This document shows positions 1 to 12,400 of a stretch of 64,000 nucleotides of DNA, piece after piece. The translations under genes and the position numbers were made by a program. The notes beneath the pieces are model-generated. The model saw nothing but the letters and a program-made list of their open reading frames with translations, made no database searches and was not told where the DNA came from. Origin of the DNA: the human T2T-CHM13v2.0 reference genome, Homo sapiens; the NCBI RefSeq assembly GCF_009914755.1, contig NC_060942.1; one strand, given 5' to 3'. Every line of letters starts with the position of its first letter. Within the stretch, counting starts at the first letter, position 1.

Positions 1-1618
1 TTGAAGAAAGATGTGATAGTGGGCCATAATGGGAAGTAATTTATTAAAAATGGCAGCCTCAAAACTCTCTTTTCTACACAGGGTCACAGGTTGGTATCTT
101 TGGAGATGTCTTGGGAGGTCTTTGTATAGGAACCAAAATTCCAATTACTTTTCAAAGCAAGAGAAGCAATGGTTTGTGGAGATCACTATTAGGGCTGTGA
201 GCTTGCATCTGCCTTCCCAGCAGTTTCTAGAACTAAATGTGATGCTTTCTTTCGCAAAGCATGAATGCCTCTCCTTGGGGCCTTGCCTTACTTTCTAGTC
301 AGCATAGTTTTAGCATCTGAGTTCTGAAATTGCAATGTCGCAATTTCTCTTTTTATAAAAAGTAATGCAAACTTTACAGCTCATAAACCTTCATGGGATT
401 TATAAAGGTGGAGCTTGTCTTGGAATGTCTCCTGGAGTCTGGCCTCATTGAGGTTGCCTTTTAACATACTCCTCCGAAAATTTTTTTTAAAAAGAACAAA
501 AAAAAGTCTTAGGAAACCAAAGAATGGAGGCTTTGCAACAACCAGCCTGTGGCAAGTCCTTGGTCCAGGGCTACCGATGCGAAAATGTTGCCTACCACTG
601 TCCCTTTATTTTTGCTGATGTGCTAGTTGGCTAATTCTTCTGGATGGGGGGATGTTAAGGGCCTGGCAGATAAGTTGTAAGAGTTCTGCCAAAACTAAAA
701 GGCCTGGGGCTAGAATTCCAGTGCTTGAATGTAGGAAGGAAACAGTCAGATGTCATCGCTTCAGGACAGGCAATCAAAAACATAGCCCAGTGGAATATAT
801 CTTTGCTAGAGATAAGAAAAACAAAATATTGAAAGCTCAATTTTGCTGGGTTCTGTTTTGAAGACAAAACTGTGGGACTGTGCAGACAAACCAACAAGTG
901 CTCCTTCCAGTGTGCAGCTCGTCTGGCAGGAATCCTGCAGTGAAACCAGGCTCAGGGCATTGTGCTAGAGCCCTTTAGCTACTGACTCCCTCCTTGTGAA
1001 TCCCCCCATGACTTCTTCCCTTACGGTCCTGGAGACCTGGGAAGTTTTTAAGCTTGTTTAGAATTTTTATTTTAAGTCTACTCTGGTTCTTCCACAATGA
1101 CGACTCCTACAACAGACTATCCAGCTTACTGTCATCAAGAGAAATGAATATTTAGTTTATGAAGAGTAAACTATTTACTAGAAAATTACGTGTAATGACC
1201 AGGAGATGGCAAAAAATTAAACATAGCTCCTTGAAATAGTTCAGTGGAGCCATTAATGCTAGGAACTACTATGTGAATGAATGAAGAGTGACCTCCCTTG
1301 GGTTAGTACTTTACAGATTTCAGGGTTCTTTCCTAGCAAACACAAGGAGGTTTCATGAAATCTTCTTGGTTTTGAGGTTGGCCTCTTAACTGGGGCATCC
1401 TAAACCCTTTGGAGATATGTTCTTTGGAGCAGCTTGTGCATGTGACATCTCACATGTCCCAGGCCCACAATACTGGTGGTGAGTTTCATACAGGGAGGAT
1501 GAGGTCCATGTTCATCCTGTGGCTGGGATTTGACAGATTATTGGGAAGTCTCACAGATTTGCCTAAATATCTATATGTTATTTCCCCTCCGTACAGAGCT
1601 AGTTCATTATGTCTTTGT

Positions 1619-1660
1619 GCTCCATGTAACAGGTGAAAGCTCCATGTAACAGGTGAAAGC
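1619..1660. repeat. Perfect 20-bp tandem duplication
   Basis: GCTCCATGTAACAGGTGAAA twice, followed by GC. Confidence 0.95.
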
Positions 1661-2199
1661 AATGAAAAAACAGACCCTATATTAAAACATCAAGCTGGAT
1701 TCCCACAAAATTGGATTTTTTCTTCATTCCTCTCATTCCCCTAATGCTTTGTCTCCCAAATTTTGGGAATTTTCTTCCAAGCGCCTAATCCTCCAGTGCC
1801 ACTTCTGGTCTCTCCTAAGCAATCCAGGATGTCCTAGGAGTCCTTTTCACAGCTTCTTCCCTGACATTTTGCTGAGTTATGCTCTATGTTCTCATAGCCT
1901 TTGCCTGGACTTTTGGTTATCTAGGAAAATGATAAATTAAGTCACGTTAAAGTGTTCCTTTAAAAAACTGCTATAATTCAACCAGTTCTGACACAAATGG
2001 TGGGTTTCAGAGAACGGAGTAGAGATGAGAGAAGTGGCTTTTAGCAAGAAATTACGCAGGTGACTTTCAAATAAATCATCTACATAGAAGGCACATTTTG
2101 CCTCTAATGTGCAAATAATTTAGCATCTGAAATGGCATGTAAAGATCTCATTTTAGATTCAATTCCACTCTAATTCATCAAAATGGGAAGTAAGGCATT

Positions 2200-2410
2200 G
2201 TGGCATAACAATTGGGATCAGAAGACCTGTGGTTACATCTCAGTTCAGCCCACAGAACTAACCGGGACTGAGGCCATTGGTCTTAGACCTCTCATCTGTG
2301 GGATGGGGTTACTAAGACTGATTTCCTATGTTTCTTTGCAAAACTTGAAATAATTGTGTGAAGAGTACTTTGCAAGGAGATAAGTGCTACAGAACTATAA
2401 AGTACTAAAT
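2200..2410 (+). mobile_element. MIR SINE, degenerate
   Basis: tcagaagacctgtggtt...ctcatctgtgggatgggg...gtgaagagtactttgc resembles the MIR core and 3' end. Confidence 0.55.
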
Positions 2411-2869
2411 AAAAGCTAATATATTAGGCATCTAATAGGTATTAATAGCAGCAAGGTCTGACCACAAGCAAACACCTATTTTAGGCACTGACTTCTGCCA
2501 AAAATCCGGAGCTAGATGGAGGAAGGAAAGGCTCATAAATCAGTCTCCTTAAGAGGCCTCCTTGGGAAGTCAACAAAGATTTAGTATTTTTAGCTTGTAG
2601 TTTTAATTAGATTTGAGCAATTCCAGAAAAATACTGAAAATTAATTATTTAGGCTTTACCTGTCATGAATAAAATATATTGTTCTAATAGATGATTATAA
2701 ACATACTGAAAGATTCTTCATGACCAGAAAAAAAGGAGAATATTCAATAGATATTTATAAATTAATTTATGTTGAACAATGAAGATGACTTTTCAAAAAG
2801 CACATTTCTTTAACATGAAAGAGATAACTAGGTAACAATTATTCACACTTTAAAAGTAAGTTTACATTA

Positions 2870-3157
2870 GGCCGGGCACAGTGGCTCATGCCTGTAATCC
2901 CAGCACTTTGGGAGGCTGAGGCAGGCAGATCACAAGTTCAGGAGATCGAGACCATCCTGGCTAACACAGTGAAACCTTGTCTCTGCTAAAAATACAAAAA
3001 AATTAGCCAGGTGTGGTGGCAGGCACCTGTAGTCCCAGCTACTCGGGAGGCTGAGGCAGGAGAATCACTTGAACCCAGAGCGGCAGAAGTTACAGTGAGC
3101 CGAAATCATGTCACTGACTCTGTCTCAAAAACAAAAAACAAAACAAAACAAAAAAAA
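2870..3157 (+). mobile_element. Alu (AluSc/Y-like) with a short right-arm deletion
   Basis: GGCCGGGCACAGTGGCTCA start and A-rich tail. TSD GTAAGTTTACATT at 2856-2868 and 3159-3171. Confidence 0.95.
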
Positions 3158-3395
3158 TGTAAGTTTACATTCTTAACATGCTTTCAAGAAACAATTCTTT
3201 AAAAAGTGGGAGTTTTCATAAATCTTATATTTTGGGTTGTACCAAAATTTTAATTCTGAGCCATTGTTTAGCTCATGGATATATGCCAATAGAATAGCTG
3301 GAACTGACAATGAGGATGCAAAAAAGTTATATTATCTACCACAAAAGTGGTACCTGTCTAATAAAAAATGTATATTTGTGAGAGGCCTGTAGTTT

Positions 3396-4018
3396 GCTAG
3401 TTCAACCATTGTGGAAGACAGTGTGGCAATTCCTCAAGGATCTAGAACCAGAAATACCATTTGACCCAGCAATCCCATTACTGGGTATATACCCAAAGGA
3501 TTACAAATCATTCTACTATAAAGACACATGCATACCTATGTGTATTGCAACACTATTTACAATAGCAAAGACTTGGAACCAACCCAAATACCCATCAACG
3601 ATAGACTGGATAAAGAAAATGTGGCATATATACACCATGGTATACTATGCAGCCATAAAAAAGAATGAGTTCATGTCCTTTGCAGGGACATGGATGAAGC
3701 TGGAAGACATCATCCTCAGCAAACTAACACAGGAACAGAAAACCAAACGCCGCATGTTCTCACTCATAAGTGGGAGTTGAACAACGAGAACACATGGACA
3801 CAGGGAGGGGAACAGCACACACTGTGGCCTGTCAGGGGTTAGGAGGCAAGGGGAGGGATAGCATTAGGACAAATACCTAATGCATGGGGAGCTTAAAACC
3901 TAGATGATGAGTTGATAGGCGCAGCAAACCACCACGGCATATGTATACTTATGTAACAAACCTGCACATTCTGCACATGTATCCCATGACTTAAAGTAAA
4001 ATAAAATAAAAAAAAAAA
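3396..4018 (+). mobile_element. 5'-truncated L1PA (ORF2 C-terminus, 3' UTR, poly-A)
   Basis: ORF 3394..3780 (VQPLWKTVWQFLKDLE...WIKKMWHIYTM...) is the L1 ORF2p C-terminus, followed by the G-rich 3' UTR and an A tail. Confidence 0.95.
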
Positions 4019-4038
4019 TACCTCGGCAGAGGCAGTGT

Positions 4039-4127
4039 GACATATGACTGTGTTAGTTCATTATTATGTATACTCTAGGGACATATATATGACTATGTTA
4101 GTTCCTTATTATCTATACTCTGGGGAC
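4039..4127. repeat. Imperfect ~43-bp tandem duplication
   Basis: gacatatgactgtgttagttcattattatgtatactctagg / gacatatatatgactatgttagttccttattatctatactctggg. Confidence 0.85.
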
Positions 4128-4649
4128 AGTGAGTTTCCCCTCATCAGAAACAAACTCCAGGGAGTGGTTCGCCAGCCTTTCCTACAAAAAAACACACTTC
4201 AGAGGAGGCTTTGGCCATCTTTGATTAGCACACGAATTTGTTATTTATTAAAATAAATGTTAAAGTGAGTGTTCATTGGTAATTGCTGATATTCAAGATG
4301 CGTGAATTAGTGAGTACCTCATAAAGCCCTGGCATGAATTGGTAATAAAAATCTAGTGAGCTCTTCCTCTTCACCCTAACAGATTAGCACCTTTTAGTTA
4401 AGTACAGTGATTCTGTAAAAGTACTGGGTCTAGATACTGATTTCACAGGATCAGTGCTACATGGATGCCAACAACATAAGCGAATCTTACCTGCAGAATA
4501 TCCTAGTGTTTTCCTCCAGTGAACATTTTACATAAGGTATCCTTGTAGTTCTTTCTAGAACTAGGATCAGGACTTTATGAAGAATATAGGACAGGACACA
4601 TTACTGCTTTTGTGCCTGCTGATAATGTTCACATGTCTAAAAGAATTCA

Positions 4650-5093
<444 letters not shown>

Positions 5094-5883
5094 TTACAGC
5101 ATTACAACATTGATTTGAAAATATCAATTGTCTCAAAATTTAAACATCTTAAACATAAGGGACTTCCATTTTTGTCAGTATGGCCAACTAGACACCCTAA
5201 ACAATTATCCCAACTAAAAAATGAAAAAAAATGTTGGGGTCAACATTTTTTAGACATTTAAATGCATCAGTGACTGAAAGTGGGAATCCTTAGAGAGAGT
5301 AAGGAATCCTTAGAGGACAAAAACTAAGTTAATAGCAGGCTCGCACTCTAGAATTGTCTTCCCTTTCCCTTGTAATATTAGATAATAATACAGAACACTC
5401 TGAGATGATTATCAATCCCCGCTTACACCCCAAGTAGACAGTACAAATGAAGACATCTGAATAATGAAGTTGGGACCCTAAAGGGTTGCTTGTTTAGTAT
5501 AAATTTTAATTGGAAATGAACCCCACACAAATTCACACATCCTAAATGATCTGAAAATATTCTGAGAATTCATTTTAAAGTGCTACCAGGTTGGTAGAGT
5601 CCCTCAATTGCCTAGTAGAAGCAAACACATTCTTTTAAAAAGGAATACGTTTTCATTCTAAGCCTCTAAGTATTTCTCTAGGACAAATGTTCCAGGAATA
5701 AGAGATGAAAGTAACAGTAGGAAAACATTCAAGAACCCAAAGAAACATAATTGGAAACCAAAAGTAACAACTGAGAGTTATTGGGATTACTAGACTCAGA
5801 ATATAAAATAAATTGGTTTAATGTATTTAAATAAACAAAAATGAAGGTTGAAATGTAAATAGGAAGCAAAAGACCAAAATGAC

Positions 5884-8174
5884 TGATACCGTTTGGCTCT
5901 GTGTTCCCACCCAAATCTCATCTTGTAGCTCCCATAATTCCCACATGTTGTGGGAGGGACCCAGTGGGAGATGACTGAATCATGGGGGGTGGGTCTTTCC
6001 AGTGCTGTTCTCATGATAGTGAAGGGGTCTCACGAGATCTGATGGTTTTAAAGATGGGAGTTTCTCTGTACAAGTCTCTCTTCGCCTGCTGCCATCCACG
6101 TAAGATGTGACTTGCTCCTCCTTGCTTTCGGCCACGATCGTGAGGCCTCTCCAGCCATGTGGAACTGTAAGTCCAATAAACCTCTTTCTTTTGTAAAATG
6201 CCTAGTCTCTGGAATGTCTTTCTCAGCAGCATGAAAATGAACTAATTCAGTAAATTGGTACCAGTAGGGTGGGGCGCTGCTGAAAAGATATCCCAAAATG
6301 TGAAAGCGATTTTGGAACTGGGTAACATGCAGAGGTTGGAACAGCTTAGAGGGCTCAGAAGAAGACAGGAATATGTGGGAAAGCTTGGAACTCCCTAGAG
6401 ACTTGTTGAATGGCTTTAACCAAAATGCTGATAATGATATGAGCAATGAAATCCAGGCTGAGGTGGTCTCAGATGTAGATGAGGAACTTGTTGGGAAATG
6501 GAGCAAACACAACTCTTGTTATGTTTTAGCAAAGCGACTGGCAGCATTTTGCCCCTGCCCTAGAGATTTGTGGAACTTTGAACTTGAGAGAGATGATTTA
6601 GGGTATCTGGCGGAAGAAATTTCTAAGCAACAAAGTATTCAAGAGGGTCCTGTAAAAGGCATTCAGTTTTAGAAGAGAAGCAGAGCACAAAAGTTCGGAA
6701 AATTTGCAGCCTGACAATGCAATAAAAAAGAAAATCCCATTTTCTGTGGAGAAAATCAAGCCACCTGCAGAAATTTGCATAAGTAATGAAGAGCCAAATA
6801 TTAATCCCCAAGACAATGGGAAAAATGTCTCCAGGGCATGTCAGAGTTCTTCATGGCAGCCCCTCCCATCACAAGCCTGAAGGCCTAGGTAAAACAAGTG
6901 ATTTAGTAGGCCAGGCTCAGGGTCCCCGTGCTGTGTGCAGCCTAGGGAATTGGTGCCCTGCGTCCCAGTCACTCCAGCCATGGCTGAAAGGGGCCAACAC
7001 AGAGCTTGGGCTATGGCATCAGAGGGTGCAAGCTCCAAGCCTTGGCAACTTCCACATGGTGTTGAGTAGTCTGCGAGTGCACAAAAGTAAAGAACTGGGG
7101 TTTGGGAACCTCCACCTAGATTTCAGAAGATACATGGAAACCCCTGGATAACCAGGCAGAAGTTTGCTGTAGAGGCAGGGTCCTCATGGAGAACCTCTGC
7201 TAGGGCAGTGAGGAAGGGAAATGTGGAGTCAGAGCCATGACGCACAGTCCCTACTGGGGCACCACCTAGTGGAGCTGTGAGAAGAGGGCCACTGCCATCC
7301 TGTAGACCCCAGAATGGTAGATCCACCAACAGCTTGCACCATGTGCCTGGAAAAGCCGCAGACACTCAACTCCAACCAGTGAAAGCAGCCAAGAGGGAGG
7401 CTGTACCCTGCAAAGCCCCAGGGGTGGAGTTACCCAAGGCTGTGGGAGACCACCTCTTGCATCAGTGTGACCTGGATGTGAGACATCGAGTCACAGGAGA
7501 CCATTTCGGAGCTTTAAGATTTGACTGCCCTGCTGGATTTCAGACTTGCATGGGGCCTGTAGCACCTTAGTTTTGGCCAATTTCTGCCATTTGGAATGGC
7601 TTTATTTGCCCAATGCCTTTACCCCCATTGTATACAGGAAGTAACTAACTTGCTTTTGATTTTACAGGCTCATAAGCAGGAAGGAACTTGCCTTGTCTTG
7701 GATAATACTTTGCACTGTGGACTTTTGAGTTAATGATGAAATGAGTTGAGACTTTGGGGGACTGTTGGGAAGGCATGATTGGTTTTGAAATGTGAAGATA
7801 TGAGATTTGGGAGGGGCCAGGGGCAGAATGACATGGTTTAGTTCTGTGTCTCCATACAGAGATATGTGAGAGTTGCAGAAGGGACCCGGTGGGAGATGAC
7901 TGAATCATGGGAGCAAGTCTTTCCAGTGCTGTTCTCATGATAGTGAATGGGTCTCACGAGATCTGATGGTTTTAAAAATGGGAGTTTCTCTGAACAAGCT
8001 CTCTCTTTGCCTGCTGCCATCCACGTATGATGTGACTTCCTCCTACTTGCCTTCTGCCGTAATTGTGAGGCCTCCCCAGCCATGTGGAACCGTAAGTCCA
8101 ATAAACCTCTTTCTTTTGTAAATTGTCTAGTCTCAGGAATGTATTTATCAGCAGCATGAAGACAGACTAATGCA
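5884..8174 (+). mobile_element. Full-length THE1 MaLR (THE1A-like): LTR 5884-6249, internal 6250-7828, LTR 7829-8174
   Basis: Two TG...CA LTRs with AATAAA, THE1-int start gtaaattggtaccag, and a polypurine tract before the 3' LTR. Perfect 5-bp TSD ATGAC at 5879-5883 and 8175-8179. Confidence 0.95.
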
Positions 8175-8509
8175 ATGACAAATGAGGATTTTTTAAAGAA
8201 CAAAAAATAAAATAAGAAATGAAAACATAAATATTTAAAACAAATACTCGGTGGATGAGGCAATCATCAGTTTGGGCACAAGTGAATAGGGGATCAGGAA
8301 ATGAAAGCTCAAAAGAAATTATCCAAAATACAACATGAAGGACAGAGTTCTACCCTAATCAGAGTTTTAAAAACTAAAAAATAAAAAGACCAAGAAAGAA
8401 ACAATATTCGGTGGGATAACGTGTACCAATTTTTTCAGATTGATGAAATCATCAGTTATTGAATTGTATTATGACAGCCTTTGTAACACAAATGAAAATA
8501 CAAATGGAC

Positions 8510-8610
8510 ACAGATATATATATATCTCAGTGACAGATTATATATATCTTAGTAACATATATATATATATATATATATATCTTAGTAACAGATATATATA
8601 TATATATCTA
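8510..8610. repeat. Compound (TA)n minisatellite
   Basis: Four (AT)n blocks separated by ctYagtRaca spacers. Confidence 0.9.
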
Positions 8611-9196
8611 AGTGAAAGTAAAGAACACCAAAGACAAAGAAAATTTCTTAAAATCAGCCTGACAGGAAAAGCAGATTGCCTAAAAAGGAGGAAAATTAGT
8701 GTGAACACAACATTAGAGGCAAGAGTGAGTAAAATAATATCTTGAAATTGATGAGACAGTGTCCACTTTCAGCCAAGATGGGTTATAAAATTCAGATTTA
8801 TTCTCCCACCAGAGACAACCAAAAGCAAAACAAATAAAAGCATATCAAAGACAAATTTATGAAACAAGTATTTTCAAGACACTGAATTTCAGGCAACGAA
8901 AGACAGTGGTTCCTAAGGGGGGAAAAAAAGAAGCAAAGCTAACTGTTGCTACCAGATTCTTGCCATGAGATAATGTCCATGTGCAGTGCAGGGAGGGAAG
9001 AAGAAGCCAGGCAGAACCCAGGGTACTCCCTCAGTAGAGGAGACAAAGCTAAGAATCCAGGGATGTCAAGAATGCTACAGTTCACAGGAAAGAGTATTAG
9101 AGAATAGATTGCCGCACAGAAGAAGGGCCCCGGAGATCTGTGAATTCAGCCAAGTAGTGACCAGTACATGCATGTGAGGAAACTACCTGAATCTGA

Positions 9197-9407
<211 letters not shown>

Positions 9408-12400
9408 TAAGAGAGAACAGTGCCCACCTTTCTCACAGAGGAATACTGTCTACATTGAGTAGAATAATCAAAAGGGTCTTGCCTCAGTAGTGGGGAAAAA
9501 TGCCCATAGATTGAAATTGGTCTGGTCTTGCCTCACAAATGTTTAAACAAAACACCCCCAAGAGATCAAAACATTTCCAAATAACTTAACTGCATTTCAG
9601 AACCAAGCTTAAAAATATGTATAGGAATATAAAAATGTCTAGCACCCAACAAGGTAAAATTCACAAGCTAGGTATCCAATAAAAAATTACCACATATATA
9701 AAGAAGCAGAAAATAGGACCCATAATCAGCAGAAAAAATCAATCAAAATCTTCCCAGAACTGCCAAAGGTGTTCAAATTGGAAGGCAAGAAAATAAAAAG
9801 TTATTATAATTGCATTCCATATGTTCAAACAGTTAAGTAGATATAGAGAAGACATCAAAAGAAAAAATTGGACTTCTTGAGATAATAACTATAATGCCTG
9901 AAATTGAAAACACACTGAATGGGGATTAAAAGCAGATTAGACACTGCAAAAGAAAAGATTAGTGAATGTGAGGATACAGCATCAGAAACTAACCAAAATG
10001 AAACACAGGAAAAACAGTCAATAAAAATAAAGAGTATTACTGAGGTACAGGTGACTCCAAGTGGCACAGTATACATGTAATTGGACCCCAAAATCATGGC
10101 AGAATATTTCCCAAATTTGATGAAAACCATAAATATATAGATTCAAGAAGCTCAATGAACCCTAGGAACAAGAAAGATAAAGAAAATCACCCTATGGCAT
10201 ATCATAATTTAAATGCTCAAAATCAATGAAAAATAGAAAATCTTAACAGCAGCCAGAGATAAAAGTCATGTTGCAGGCAGACAAACAAAGATAGGAATGA
10301 CAGCAGATTTTGTATCAGAACCAATGAAGTGAGAGGACAGTGGAGCAACATTTTAAAAATACTAGGAGAAAAACAAAATATATGTCAATTTGTAATTTTT
10401 ATACCCTACAAACATATCTTTCAAAAATGAAAGGGATGACCACTGGGAAACTGTGATTCTACCCCCACTCTGCAGCAACAAATCAGTGTGAGTCAGGCCT
10501 CCACTTCTCCTCTCCCTGGTGTTAGCAGGGTTGAGCAAGGAGCTGAGATTACATCCCCTTTTGAAGGCAATGAGATGGTGAGAGACAGTGCTCAATAGTC
10601 ACTAAGACAGTGTCATCAGGGTTGAGGAGGAGCTGAACTTCCACCTCACCCATCTGCAATGAGGCAGTGTGAGTGAGCTCCACTCCGCTGGGCTGGTGCT
10701 GCCAGGGCTTAGTGGAAAGCTGAACATATATACTCACTTGGCCCTCATACTGAACCTCAATAGGGGAACTACTTGGTTTAAAACAAGATTGAATAGTATC
10801 TAGAATCTCATAATACAATATCCAAAACACCTATGATAGATACAATTAAAAATCACTCATCCTAACTAGAACAAGGAAAATTATAACTTGAGTAAGAAAA
10901 GGGCACTAACAGACACCAACCCTAAGATAAATCAGATGTTGGAATTATCTGGCAAGAATTTTAAAGCAGAAATTGTAAACATACGTCAACCAGCAATTAT
11001 GAATTATCTTAAAACAAATAAAAAATGGAAAATTTTAATACAAAATAGAAGTTATTAAAAAAACAACTAAGTGGAATTTATGAAATAAAAAAGTTACAAA
11101 TCCAAAATCTTTAAACACATTAGAAAGTTATAATAGTAAAACTGAGAGAGATGATAGAGGATAGAATAAATATGATGAACTTGAAGGGAAAAAAATCTGT
11201 AGAAAAAAAGCAGAAAATAAACTAAAATAAATAAATGAATCAGATTTCAGAATAAATAATCTTTTGGGAAGAGAAAAAGCACTGAAAGCAGCCCGAGAGA
11301 AATGATGCATTACGTCTAAGGGAATGACATTTCAAATTAGAATGGGTATCTCACCTAAAACCACGGAGGCCAGAAAAAAAGTGACACAATATTTTTCAAG
11401 TTCAGTACTGAAAGAAAATAACTGTCTGTTGTAAATTTTGTGTCTTATAAAAGTATGTTTCAGGAATGAAGGGGAAATAAAGAGATTGCAAGTAAAAAGA
11501 TGGGCAAAGATGTGCCATGAAAACATCAAAATAGGTGAAGGCCAAAAACTACTTTCAATAGAAGAAAACTAAAATGCTTTACCAGCAGAGTCTCTCAGAA
11601 GAATTGCTCTCAAAAAAGAGAGTTCTCTCTCAAAAAAGAAAGTCCTTCAGATGGAAGGAAATGATGCCGAATGAAACTGTGGGGGTACAAAAGACAGAAA
11701 GGGCACTAGAAATGGTCACTACATAGGTAAGCAGATAGGATAGTTTATACATTAAGTAAATCTCTTTGAAAGATGAATGTTCAAACAAATATGATAACAA
11801 TATATTATGGGCTTTATAATATATAAGGACAACATATGTCATTAATAGCACAAAGGCTGGGAAGAGAGAAATGCTAGTATACTATTGCAAAGTTCATAAT
11901 AAATGAAGTGGTTTAGTATTACCTGAAGGCAGATTGTGATAAATTAAAGGTGAATCATATAAATCCAAAGAAACCCACTAAAATAATTAAACAAATAAGA
12001 TAAAAATGAATTTTAAAAGCACACATTACAAAAGAAGAAAAGAAAAAAGAAAGAAAAGAACAGATAGTGCAAACAGAAAAAACAGTGGATGACAGACCAG
12101 TTTAAACATATCAATTATCACATTAAATGGAAATGCTTTCAAGTATATGGAGGAGCACACCAAGATTTCTAAGACATAGGTAATTTTTTAGTTTTATTGC
12201 TAATCTGCATGTCTTAAAAATAATTTCAATATATAATAAAAATTTAAATATACATGGATGAGTCAATACAATATTACATTAAAATTATTGTAACTATAAT
12301 CATGTATGTGATTGAACTATCTTTATATTCTGACCAACAGCTCTTTATTTATCAAAGCTTCTTTACGAGATAAAATTAATTTTGTTGACTTAGAAGACTT

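Noticed and set aside
1199-1212. CTCF-like motif CCAGGAGATGGCAA (similar one near 27619)
   Set aside because: Partial matches of this quality are frequent by chance and cannot be supported without ChIP data.
5283-5315. GGAATCCTTAGAG direct repeat with a short spacer
   Set aside because: Two copies only; an ordinary slippage duplication, not an array.
6011-8263. Many overlapping 60-150 aa ORFs
   Set aside because: All lie within or overlap THE1 LTR/internal sequence, with no continuous reading frame.
11348-11385. Minus-strand ttttag|gtgaga AG|GT junction
   Set aside because: It lies in antisense L1 ORF1 sequence with an interrupted pyrimidine tract; weaker than the 39093 site.
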